From contig CM082578.2 of NCBI GenBank assembly GCA_040954595.2, positions 17,059,703 through 17,123,702 of the forward strand: a DNA stretch of 64,000 bases. Direction: 5' to 3'. The notes below the pieces were generated by a model. The model was not told the origin of the DNA. It did not search any database and saw only the letters and a program-made list of their open reading frames with translations. Positions 51,901-64,000 of this stretch are shown in pieces. The DNA is from Balanoglossus misakiensis (lineage: Eukaryota; Animalia; Hemichordata). The number at the start of each line of letters is the position of its first letter. Within the stretch, counting starts at the first letter, position 1. The position numbers and the translations under genes were made by a program.

Positions 51901-53119
51901 AGTCTGAAATATTGACAAGATACGCATAACAAAAATGCCAGTTAATGAGTTTATTATCTCTACATGATCTAAGTCCAGATTTCAATTTCCTTGTATACTT
52001 TACATACATGTTGGTTGTCGGCGCTAACAGCAACATGCTTAAAACCTGATATCCATCTTAAGTTTTAACTTATTAATCTCGATAATGTGGTTAATTTAAA
52101 TGATGGGTGCAGGGTGTAATCACTGTAGCGATCTGTTCGACCACGTGCCCATTGCAGAAGTGCCAAAGGAAACAAATCTTCCAACTTCGAAGAAATCGGC
52201 CCTTCAAGGAAGATTCTACGTGATAAACAAAATTGTTTTTGAAATGAGCCATAAACACGCGATTAATTTCTTGGGGATTACTCATCATTCATTATTTTGT
52301 CTCTGTGTAAACAGAGGTTTGGGCACGATTTATATAAGCCTACCTGCATAAAACGCGTTATCTGCCTGAAGGAAACACAACCAACAATGTATAATTACCG
52401 TTCGTTTCGCTCTGGGAATCCAAAATTCGATGTCCCCAAAGTATAGATTTAGACAGCTCAATGTTCAACATTATTTCACAATTTTAATGTTTAAGTACTG
52501 TACAGAATGAATGATAAAAATATATAATTCCAACCATGTGTCCCCAAGTGACTAATTAACATAACTTATGATGACAATAAATATTTTAAGGGCCTAAGTA
52601 CTTCATAAGACAAACTCACATGGACGTCCATTTTAACTGGATATTTCTATCGATTAAATATTCAGTATTTGCTTGCACGTAAGACATGCCTGAAGCCTAA
52701 TGGGAAATCACCTTTTGCAATTAATACATCTGGAAAACCCTCACAAAGGTGCATATAGTGCGTAAAAAGGCATGTACCTCTGTACGCATAAGGCTTTTCA
52801 TAAATCGGATGAATTTCTTTAAGTGCGGATTAATGTCGCCGTTAAAACTTTCTATCGATTATACAAAATCCCCACTTTGGGGCATACATTGGAGTGGTTC
52901 GCCATACATGAGCTCTGGAGTTAAAACTTTGAAATCAGAGTTAAATTTAGTTGGTTTACCTATACATGGATTATAATTTAGCATGAGACTTAGTATGAGC
53001 AACAAAGTAAACATTCAGCGCATTTTCTTCTCAGTGAGAACTCAGGTGAGTATAGTTTACTTTCCAAGATGGAGTTGTACGAATCTGGTGTATGGTTTCT
53101 GGTGAAGTAAATGTAGGAA

Positions 53120-53137
53120 GGGGGTGGGGTGGGTGGG
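53120..53137 (+). other. Canonical G-quadruplex-forming motif
   Basis: GGGGG-T-GGGG-T-GGG-T-GGG: four G-runs with single-T loops. Confidence 0.6.
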
Positions 53138-56100
53138 CGGCTTGGCACTTGAAATACTTTAAATGATATGCTTGATTAAGTTCGAAGTTTGGACATAAAG
53201 CTTTCCAGTTATCAAATATTTAGCCTACTATTTACAATGATTTATTAGTATCCGTCTAAAATTGCAGTCAAAACATCAGTTAATGATAAAGTGTCCATCA
53301 AACTTTGAATGTGATTAAAAGTATTCATCACACACTATAAGCAATCGCATGAAAGTACACAGAAATTTAATATGTGTAGCTGAGAATTTCTCAATTCTGA
53401 AGTGTATCTGCATGAGATCATTTGAAGTTATATTGATACTATACATGAATGTGGATTGGTGCATGCATATAACACGTACAGAGTATTAGGAAGCAATCAA
53501 TCGTGAACTAATTTTCCAACAGTTGTGAGCGCGGAACTGCACATGCTAGGAGATAGGCCTTAATAGTTATGGTAATTAGCAGGTGTCAACTTACATGCAT
53601 CCTATACCACTACACTATAGTTTAATCTATTGGTCAATAACTTGAGTAGAGAGGTATGAAATACCAGGTGTATGATCAAGTTTGTTTATATACTCAAAGA
53701 CATCTTTAAAAACTGTCAAACGATGTACAGTATGGACTATTTGCAATCTTTAACGGGCCATTTGTATCTGCCAAGCATTTCAAATTAATTGGGTGCAAGT
53801 ACACAGTGCCCCAGGATTGTTGTGCTAAACTCCCACAAATACTAGATGACTGAATGAGACACCTAAGTAAAAGGTGTGTACAGCGCCAGACAGAATATGA
53901 CATAGGCGTGTGTTAGTGTAAAAAACTGTGTTCATTGCACTCCCTATGGGCATCATGACACTTACAAGTCACACCGCCACTCCGAAACAGATACGTTCCT
54001 TCCACAATTCACCTAAATATTTACATTGAATTTCGCAAACTTTCGCAAACCGCCAATTTCATAAAGTAAATTAGACTACGTGCCCAGGGGGCACGACTGT
54101 ACCTTCTGAACAAATTACTTCAATTAACTTATCTTACCAATGATAAATGAGAGTGCGGAAATTGATCAATGCAACTATCACACACTCAAACGTAAAGAGC
54201 AAACATATATGAGCGTCAGGAATATCACCGATAACATCCTTGTTGTTAGCCGAGTCTTATAATCTCTCAATAAGTATCTTCCGATGAAATGGGGCAATAT
54301 TAAACCCCAAATCTTAAGCTATGAGGGTTTTTTCTATTTTGAATAAGAAGAAACGGACGGTACAGAATTATGCATATCGAGATTAGTTTGATGGAAAACT
54401 CAGGTACAACAAGATTATGCAGATCTTATTATACACACTGACATCAGCCGTAGTCATTGGATGCTGGAGAAGAGCCAAGGAGCACATTGTTGCAGATAGG
54501 TTTCTGTTTCCAAGTTATTGAATTGAAATACTGGAAAGTCATTTTATACTCAAAATGTACCTGTCCAGACACTTTTAAATTCTAAATGAGAATCCATACA
54601 TCTTCTAGCAAAGCCATTAACAGCGCATAATACCCAATTTGTAATAACACAATGCGGAACCCTGTGAACTGAGAGAGGAATTGAAAGTTCAAATCCAGTA
54701 GCTGTTCGTCACGTCTCAGAGATATCGCACGACTTCATCGAAATGGTTTACGCGGTCTCTCGGAAAATTAAATCATAAAGAGAAACTTCAGCTACATACG
54801 AATGAGAGATTGCGTGGGTCAGAGCGAACTTGTTGGTGATCCAGTGACTTACTACATCATATCGATAACATAGAAACTGTAAAAATGAAAATAAAGGAAT
54901 TTGATCAACTTCAGTTGTCATAAAAATTGTCATCAGAACTGTTAGCACAGAGTGGTGATTGTATATTCGTGAAAATGTTCATAAATATTTTGAAGACATA
55001 TGCAAAACAAATCGCAGACCACCCGAATTTAGGGTTTTAATTTTTGTACTGAAAGATGTCGCCCTGTAATGTCAGTTGGTGACCGAATGATATTACATAT
55101 ATACGTTATTTAATGTCTAATCTTTATTACACGCAACACAAAAATGATAATACATAAGCTTAATTTATTCTGGTATTAATGGAAATACAGTATATATTTA
55201 TGTTTCAGTTTACGAGGATGGTAGGTGTAGGCGACTGGGGGATAAGAAAGCCAATTTAAAATCTTCAGTTCAATTATATATCACTGTAGTTTAAGTGTAC
55301 AACAAAACACGAGATTTCTTCAAGGCTACGCTTACGTGAGATCCAGAATTTGGTGCATATACTTTTCTGAGTGAAAATGGCGATGAAGCAATAGATGTTG
55401 CAGCAACCATGAGGTTACAGTGGTATAGATAAATTCGACCTGTCTAAAGTGGTGGATGACATAGCCATCACTGAGCATATTGCAGATCAGAATGAACATC
55501 CGGTTTGTCTGCAGAATCAAATTGTGATGAGTTTTTACAATACATATATTCTGGAACGTATTGCAGATGCTGGTACGTGTAAACTGGTGGTAAGGTACAA
55601 ATTATAGTTAATCCTGCACAAAGAAATAGCACACGTCATTATTTGTCGAATGATAGTATTTTCAAATAACCGTGAGGTCGTTACTATAGACCACTGTGAT
55701 TGATACATGATCCTCTACATGATTTCATAATGAACGCTATTGCTTACCCAAATAACAATCTAAACAGTTTGGAAAAATTACAATAAGCTTCATTTCTGTG
55801 CCAATTCTAATGACACCAATTTTCGTTTTGTCAGTATAACGTATATAAGCGGTTAATTCCAAGAATGCACTCGTGTGGATAAAATTGTTCCTTCATAGCT
55901 ATCCATTTCAGAAGACATCATGAATTTTCCATTTACCATTCATAGTTAACGATGTGACCTTTAGCTTGCTGATCTAGTGACAGCTACTGGTATTCAGACT
56001 CAGGGTTAGCATGTGGCTAGCAAAAAGCCCATGCTCATACTTCATTCGTCTGATTGTCAACACACCTTCTTCAAAGGAGCAACCTTTTTTTACAGCCAGG

Positions 56101-57221
56101 GGGTGCGCGAGCAAATTCTAAAAAAGATAACCTTCCATGATGTTTAATTTAAGCTGAGTATTAAGTTACATTTCCTTGAGAAATTGCTCGAAACACCCGA
56201 CAAAGAGCTAAAGAAGATGTTGTATTTGTAATATGCGAGTGTCATGACATCAATCTGACGTTGGATATGGGCTGTGGGTAAGGGTGCACTTTCCCACCAT
56301 GATGTGACTGACCATAACTGCAGCTCATGGTAGCCAAGTCACTCGCCACTTACCCTCATTTTGTGGCTGGCTACAGTAGTCTTCTACAATCACATTCGGT
56401 ATGTAAGTCTGCTACCATCGCAACGATGCGACAGGTGGTGCGCAGAAAGGCTGACTAAACGAATACTAAATATTGAAATAAGTCATTTTCATTTGTTTGA
56501 TGCGGTCAGACAATGCAGCTCTTGTATTGGAGCTATCTCCAATTTTATGCCTATTTTTCCAAATTGTATTAGTCTGCAGTAGTACCGAGCTTGGAAACCA
56601 TAAAAAGACCAATACGAATGACATAGGATAAACCTGCTTGTTGATTCTCACCGCTTATACATGTCGACAGAATAGAAGCAATGGGAGTGGGTGTCACATA
56701 GTGGGGTTGTTCTGCGCAAGGCCTAAATGGGCAAACTGAGTGACGAATGAATGCTTTACTTGAATGAATGGATGCTTTATCATAGTCACATGAAATCAGA
56801 TCCATCTTTGGTCTGTCTACACATTTTTTTCCATTCAGGGCAGAGATGTGGATCCCTGATGTCGTTTGGAAAAAAAATGAAAGCGCTATTTATCGCCCAA
56901 GACCTAGCGAGTCATCAGTCTTGTACACACAGCACACTGAAATATCATTGTAGCAGATAAGAAGAGTCTGGCCTAATGGCAAGAATTGAAATCAATTAGA
57001 CCAATTAAGCTGTTTTGCTATGTTAATTTGACGACTTTGTTATATGCACAGTCGACTGATAAAAAGGGAAGAAATATTGTAGAAACATGCTGGGAGAGTT
57101 ACACATATTGTGAGCATTTCTCATCTCGACCGCTGTATGCTTTTGTCGTCTGGTGAATGATTGAAAGCGAGATAAAATTCAGGATGGTACACGTACATCG
57201 AAAAGAGCTGAGAGCTATTTC

Positions 57222-57274
57222 TGTCCTCTGTGAGAGAGAAAAAAATTTGTCCTCTGTGAGAGAGAGAAAAAAAA
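57222..57274 (+). repeat. About 26-bp tandem duplication
   Basis: tgtcctctgtgagagag(ag)aaaaaaa occurs twice. Confidence 0.85.
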
Positions 57275-60200
57275 CAATCATTTCCGTGTGTCCGTTGCTG
57301 CAGGCAGATTTAACGTTTCATAACGTATTCGCATTGCATCAATGATTAGTGAGTCATATCGTTTCTTTGCCATATCACGCCATCAGACTGGGAGTATTAC
57401 CTCTAAGGAAAATGAAAATATGGATGGCACAACGTGATCATTCTTCGGAATGCGGAGTCACGATTTAATTGGCCCACGCAACACTGCCATCAAATCTGAT
57501 GGCAGCAATTTTGATTAATGCAGTCATGAAAGACTTGGATTTTCTTTCCCTATTTTTTTATTTTCAAAAATAGCGTGCACATGTATAATTTATAATATAC
57601 TTTAACAGCCAGTTGCAAACATATCCGTTGAGAGTTTTCCCACAGAAGGCAGAGCAATGATTTGCAAGTGAAGGGGGGGTGGAGGATATTTACAGGAATC
57701 GCGGTATGCATGTCGGGAATGAAGACAGTGTAAAAGGGATATAGGGGCGATGGGTAGAAGAGGTGGGTAGGAAAGAGGAAAGAGACTGACCGTCAAATGG
57801 TAAAAAGGAGTAGAAAGTCGTGGAAACATTGCGGCACATCGCCTTGATAGCATGAAAGTCACAGGCGGTGGAGGTTAAAAACCATTTCTCTTCATTATTT
57901 CTTTTTTTATCAGAAAGGTAGGATGTGAGAGAACGAAAAACACTGAATAGGACAGGGTCAAAACATGATGCGACAGAACACAAGATAAACCAGGAATTAT
58001 TAAGACACTATAAATTGATATAGTGCATGCAGTTCTTGGGGATGATTTATTCCAATCATTGTATTCTCGACAGTTTGTGAAGCGTACATAATGATGAAGG
58101 TAAATTAGAAGAATCGTCTTCAGTTGTATTGGAGCGTAAGTAACTGATACATGCCTATAGGTTTCTCACAAATCTGGATAAGTTCATCTAAATATTTCCA
58201 CTCGTGGAAATTTAGTGTTCTCTGTGACAGGGGTGACCATCGCACAAAGGTCTATTTAAGAATGGTACACGTTACATCGCATCACAACATTTTGTCAATT
58301 CCGGCGCCAGGTAAGGAGTTTGAGACCTTGGGTATGACACACCAAGCACTGTTCAGCATTTCCCACCAAAAAGGAGGTCGACAGTAAAATCTGACAAAGT
58401 GGGCTGCCGAAATACCATGCTCCAATTTGAATAAGAAACGGGAATTATAGAGGCTGATATCTCAAACCCCATTAAATGTTTAACCATTATTTACGAACAT
58501 CATATGATTTAATAACAAGGATGGATGAAGATTGTATTTATATGTGGGAGGAAATAATACCATGGCTGAATTTTCCTTGAGATATCTTTAGGTTTCAGTC
58601 TGAGTAACTATCACATGCACATGATAGTCTAGTCTTTGGAGAATTTAGTCAGACGAAGTCGTTTACAATATTTTATGTGGAATAGTCCAGTTTGAAATTT
58701 GTCGCAGTTATGAATAATGAATGTTTGTAAAATATTTGGTATTATGAATTATGACATATTCATTATATGTTCGAATATACTAAAAAATGTCAGGATTTAC
58801 CCGAATGGCTATCCATTGTCCTATATATGACAGGTTTCACTGACAAACATGGTCCAAGAAGTCCATTGAAAGGCTTTGCTAATGGATACTGTAATCACCA
58901 GCCGTCAGTGCAACATTAGTGCCGTATATTGGTATATGCAACGCTTCATAGTGCGAGCTAAATGCACATTTTACTCTGATAGTCGCGCAGTAGAGGTCTC
59001 ATTATTCAACTGATAATATTCAAGTTGCACCATTTGCTTAAAGACAACATCGCTGAAGCTGCCATTAACAGCAGGCCGAGAACAACCTATATAGGTCCAA
59101 ATGGAATTAAAGCGAGAATGTACAGTTAATAACCTTTTTCACGGAAATTGTTTGTTTTTCATGGTCACTGAAGGTGACAACTCATAAACAAGACACTGAA
59201 AGCTTGTTACGATAACAGGGGATGGCATGGCAACTTCCTGTCTTTAATAAATGTTTTTTCTCCTTGGCAATTTTGCCACGTTTCTCGATCATCTACCGGT
59301 ACATATAGTAAAACTCAGAAGTCACAAAAAAACAATCAAACTGAACATATATTCGCAAAACGTGTCCGGGAATGTCTTTACCAGTTTCTGTAGCCGATGC
59401 TGCTGTTTTTAAAGTGGTTCTTACAGTATTCTTTACACAGAATCTAGGTAAAAAGCTCATTGGAAATGGATAATTATGATGATCTGTCCAGGACAGTTCG
59501 ATAATGCATGCCTTAGTGTGAAATAGCACAATAAGTATATATACAAATGTAGTTTTAGGGCAATGCATCTATAACTGTTACAATATATTTGGTGTAACAA
59601 GGGAAAATTGGAGCCTGGCCTTTATAACGAGCCAAGTGGGCGACAAAATTCGATCATTTCTAATTCATTCATACCCGGGAAACTCTGTCTATGCCCGAAG
59701 AGAATTGCATTTATTTCTTGAATAGAAATCAGCGCCACAAGCTCTTTCCTTTGCATGTTATTTTATTTTATAATAATTGCCACCCCACTGAACAGAAACT
59801 GACCGTGTACGTCAGATTGAGTGACACATGAGACATGTGACGTCAGAATGAACTCAAACAGGAAATGCGTAGCGTTTTTCAATGTCGCACCGCATCACAT
59901 CGTCCCCCGTCAACGAGAAACAAACAAAACAAACGTTTTCCAACAAGAACTGTGCTCCTAACAAGAGGACTTAGTAGTCGTGAAAACGGTCATAAAGTGT
60001 TGCGTTAAAATACAGCAGCTGTTCTTCACATTCGTGTGAAAATGTGAACATTTGAGAAGATGATTACATGTCAACATGATATTCCATCATGGACGCCCAA
60101 GGTACCGTTCAAGCAGGAAATAATACTCTATGTGTGACGTGATACCAGATTACCGGATGAAACATTTGATGATACGCTCCATGATTTTCCCTTGACATGT

Positions 60201-60305
60201 GCTCCTAAAAATTATAATAAAGATACGCCAACCTTCCTTGCACCTGCCATTGATATACAAATCCCGATCAAACACATGAGAACAAAATCTATTGCTTTCT
60301 TGGAA

Positions 60306-60502
60306 CAGACCAGACCAGAATAGAATAGACCAAACCAGACCAGACCAAACCAAGACCAGACCAGACCAGACCAAGACCAAACCAAGACCAGACCAGACCA
60401 GACCAGAAAAGAAAAGAAAAGAAAAGAAAAGAAAAGAAAAGAATAGAATAGAAGACCAGACCAGACTAGAATAGACTAGAATAGACCAGAACAGAATAGA
60501 AC
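60306..60502 (+). repeat. Compound pentanucleotide microsatellite (CAGAC / AGAAA / AGAAT / AGACT variants)
   Basis: About 200 bp of 5-nt units directly visible. It explains the repetitive ORFs at 60150-60474. Confidence 0.95.
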
Positions 60503-62221
60503 AATGTACGTTTCGGCCAATATGTTGTACAGATACATGTCATGAGAACGATTGAATGAATCGGTTCCCAATGACTCGGCACTTAGTCTACCGCAATCTT
60601 CCTTTTAAGATTTGTTTTCTCAACCTGACAGATAAGGACCAAAACAAAAAATAATGAGAAATCAATTTATACAAAAGTGTAATAGAAACCCGAGGAAATT
60701 GGCAGTCGGGGGCAAAGCTATCATTGACACTTAAATGCTGCAAATTGCTTGTTTTGCCATCTCGGTAAATGTTGTGTGGAACAGTGTTAAGCACCTTCCG
60801 TGACTTGGATATAAATTTGCGCATCATGTTTTAAACCTTCTTCTAGAATTTAGCAAGAAGTTTGCTCAGTAATAATACTTTGGCATCTGGCCGTTTGATT
60901 TGTCGTTTCTGCCTGCAGATGTTGCTAACATGGTATATGCAGGAACATATTTTTCAAACATATTCTAGTACTATAAGCAATTTATTGCTGTGTGCTATCA
61001 TCAAATTTTTTGCTGGATTCTCTGTAAAAACGAGCTGTTGTCAGGATTTTACCTCCATGGCTGTACAAGGTGGGCCGGGCGGATTGTGACTTTTGGCACT
61101 GATTGTAACTCAAACAGAAGACGTCATCCACACTGAGGGTGGCATTCCATTTGCTTTTTTTCGCTGTCATCAACTCAATATGCACCCACAATCATTTATC
61201 GTAAACCTCACCAGGAACGCTCAACGGGAAAAATTTAGAAGGAGCAAATATAGCAATATCGTGGCTCGAGGAGTGAAACATGTAATACGAAGGTGTAATT
61301 TTCTCGAAAATAAATTATTTCATGCCTTGCAGGTCAGCTTTGCGTGAAATCATTTATGGCGGCAAAACACATTGTCACCCTATTTTAATAAAGATTTCTA
61401 CAATGTACACGCCATCAGTGTCACACAGTGATGATCCATAGTTAAAATATCGTGAGGCTTTTTGCTCTTTTAAACTGTCGCCGCTGGATACCGGGAAAGG
61501 CTTAATGGGGTAATGGCAGCTTTTTTCTGTCAGACTGTATTAGATTCCCGTGATTTGTTATGTATAGAATGACCCTGAAGGTCAAGCCGATAATAGGTAC
61601 CAAGGAGAAGGAAAATGTAATGAAGATGGCAACATTAGGTATAATTGAGTTTGCTTCACTTTGGAAAACACCCGGCAATATGGAAAAAGTACACAACTTT
61701 CATCACAGCTTTTAAGATGGAAATCACCCAGGGCTGGACATCCGGGTACTACAAAATGTTTTCACGAGTCTTTAGGTTGGCTGTATAGAGCTTTGAGTTT
61801 GTGATTTTTCAGTTTTTGTCAGTGGTTACATATAGTAGTCTACAAGACCTTTTCATATTCAATGCTTCATTAACTAAGTGGGTCACGGTTAAATACATAT
61901 ATTCAAATATTTTTTTAATGAATTTCAATAAATGAAAGGCATCGGTAATGCAGCATACATCATTTTCAAAGACTGCCCTGGGCCATATTTGTGGAAAGCT
62001 GGGATGTGGGGGAATGCAGTTGCATATATGTAGCTGTCATTGATCCGAAAAGGATTGCCTGATTAAAACATTACAAATAATGTGGACATTTGATTCCGGG
62101 TGACATCGTACACTGCGAGTGCAAAATGACCACACACAAGCATTTAAATACTAATCCAAACCTGCTAAATGTACGTTAGTCTGAATACTATGATGTCGCC
62201 ATGGTAGACCATTTTCAGACC

Positions 62222-62257
62222 ACAACGAAACCCTGGGGTTTCGTTGTCCAGGGTTTC
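62222..62257. repeat. Overlapping short perfect inverted repeats
   Basis: acaacgaaaccc (62222-62233) pairs with gggtttcgttgt (62236-62247); gaaaccctgg (62227-62236) pairs with ccagggtttc (62248-62257). A 12-G run follows at 62267-62278. Confidence 0.8.
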
Positions 62258-62428
62258 AATGTGCTAGGGGGGGGGGGGTCTTATATTGGATGATATTCTC
62301 ATGTGACACTAGACAAACAAGATTGGGCCCATCGTGTTAAATGGCACAAAGCTTACAATTCTTGTTTAACTCTGCACATATTCTAGTTCGAATAAAAAGC
62401 CTGACATGCATTACTTGGCTACCAACCC

Positions 62429-62460
62429 GTTGCTACGGCAATTAACCAAGTCTCGCGAGA
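62429..62460. promoter_or_regulatory. X-box-like motif next to a TCTCGCGAGA (BANP-type) palindrome
   Basis: GTTGCTACGGCAAT at 62429-62442 and a perfect TCTCGCGAGA at 62451-62460. Motif match only. Confidence 0.35.
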
Positions 62461-64000
62461 TCTCTATTCCAGTGTTGCTCCTCTCACGCTCCACGGTTGG
62501 ATTTTACATTGTGTGACCGCACTGCACATACATTAATATACATAGTTCGCTCGGTCACTGTACTTTAGGGGAGGATATTTGACACACTTATAATTCTCCT
62601 TTATATGTTTACATATTGAATGTTATTCTTGCCACCAGTTCAGTCAGTCATTTGATGCTTGCTGCTAAAGTATAACATTGCACCCGATGCTAAAGTACGG
62701 TTCAGAGATTTGGATCACAATAAAACAAGGCAAAATCTAGTTCACTTATTAAGGCATTAAACTTTTTGAAAGTTTCACTACCACCATCATAGATGAACTC
62801 TGTCAAATGTGGTTTTGATAACCTTCTACAGGCAAAGTGCCTTCAATCCCCATTTCAACCATTAACTAATCTTAGTTGGATCAGATTCACTCGTCGTGAG
62901 AAGAGAATCAATTTGAGAGATGCCGATTGATAAATGCAATCGATCTGAAAAACAATTAGAGTGAGGGGGCGATACATTTATTGACTTCAACACTGAGTAA
63001 GAGTCATAAATCCACTGATATTGCCACAGATACCAGATAACCATGAGGTAGAATACTGATAATTTCGAGAAGTCTCCTTTTTTATATTCGGTGTGTCATT
63101 AGCCAGCACGCCGCATATTCCAAAGCTCTGGTTTGGTTGATAGCGGGTGATGAACACGAATTGCAAAACTACCGTACATTTTTATCTGTGGCGCACTTGA
63201 CTTATGCCTCACCAGATCTTTTCTTCACGTACATTGACAAGAGCTCATATTAGCCAAGCATTTTCCAAAAACCAACTGACTTGACTTATTCGTCTGGTTC
63301 TGGCATTGACAGAAGAAGAAAAACTGCCTGACTGACGCATTTTCACCCACCCAGACAATACAACGCTGCAAGCGGCAGGATTGGTGAAAACGAGTAATTT
63401 CCGCGACCGATTGTTGATAGCACATTTCCTCCACATATGTTCATATTCTTGTCGTTAATTGGGCTACCTGCGCCTTATTTGCCCACTGACACAACATATA
63501 GATCCTAAAGGTTTTCTTCACCCAGCACAAGATGTATATTTATACATGTAATTGAAGAAAATATTACGTCATGAGAAGAATAATGATGCAAAGATCAGCG
63601 TTCTGCTGAAAGCCCTTCCGTTTCTGGTCCTTCTGGTTTGGGGGCTTGTTTTGTACTGCCGTCTTTTAATCTCTCCATACTGGTGAGATTATTTGGCACT
63701 GCTAATTCAAAAGCTACCTGAATTTTATTCAGAGATTTCTATGGTGTTTTGTAGAGCAACGATAAAAAAGTTGTGAACACCGTGAATTAAACATGTCCTA
63801 AAACAGGACAGTGAATCGTGCTCCGCATACTGGATTCTGCTGTGTGTAACGTTTGCGGAGTCTAAACCCGTGTTTATTTCTACGTATACATGCCGTTCTA
63901 CCTGGGTAATTGAATACAAGGCAATTAAGCCTAACTGCATAGACACTCCCATCCCTTCTATCGCCATTAGCAAGTTGTTGGAAGATGAAAGGAAGTACAT

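Noticed and set aside
63596-64000. Minus-strand open frames at the right edge, including a tail-like ...MERLKDGSTKQAPKPEGPETEGLSAER*
   Set aside because: Frames are not continuous, the acceptor is weak and no family is recognisable; needs the adjacent window.
1-64000. Prokaryotic-type systems (CRISPR array, operon, defence island, prophage), rRNA/tRNA genes, or a third GPCR paralog
   Set aside because: No regularly spaced repeats, dense ORFs or RNA-gene signatures were seen, and no additional ERY/NPxxY-bearing remnant was found by eye. TBLASTN with the two receptors would be decisive for a pseudogene.

Overview
Eukaryotic, gene-poor animal genomic DNA (AT-rich, spliceosomal GT-AG introns, microsatellites). 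There are no operons, CRISPR arrays, rRNA or convincing tRNA genes. The style suggests a marine invertebrate deuterostome such as a hemichordate; this is inference only. Supported content: (1) the first two coding exons of an SLC16/MCT monocarboxylate transporter on the minus strand (878-1112 and 348-491; the second is absent from the ORF track), with the gene continuing off the left edge; (2) two paralogous rhodopsin-class orphan GPCR genes arranged tail-to-tail about 16 kb apart (25500-26572 +, 42514-43649 -). Each appears to have an unnoticed upstream coding exon joined in frame through a phase-1 G|GT intron of nearly equal length (727 and 736 bp), encoding a signal-peptide-like leader. Both receptors lack several canonical class A motifs and share an extra N-terminal/ECL3 cysteine pair. 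(3) A ~313-bp double-stem-loop element upstream of the second GPCR, whose long hairpin carries three regularly repeated TC/TC mismatches. (4) Simple repeats and candidate regulatory motif clusters (CTCF-like, RFX, BANP). Nearly all other ORFs in the track look like noise. I could not establish a wholly new biological system; the GPCR pair with hidden leader exons and the structured hairpin element are the best leads.
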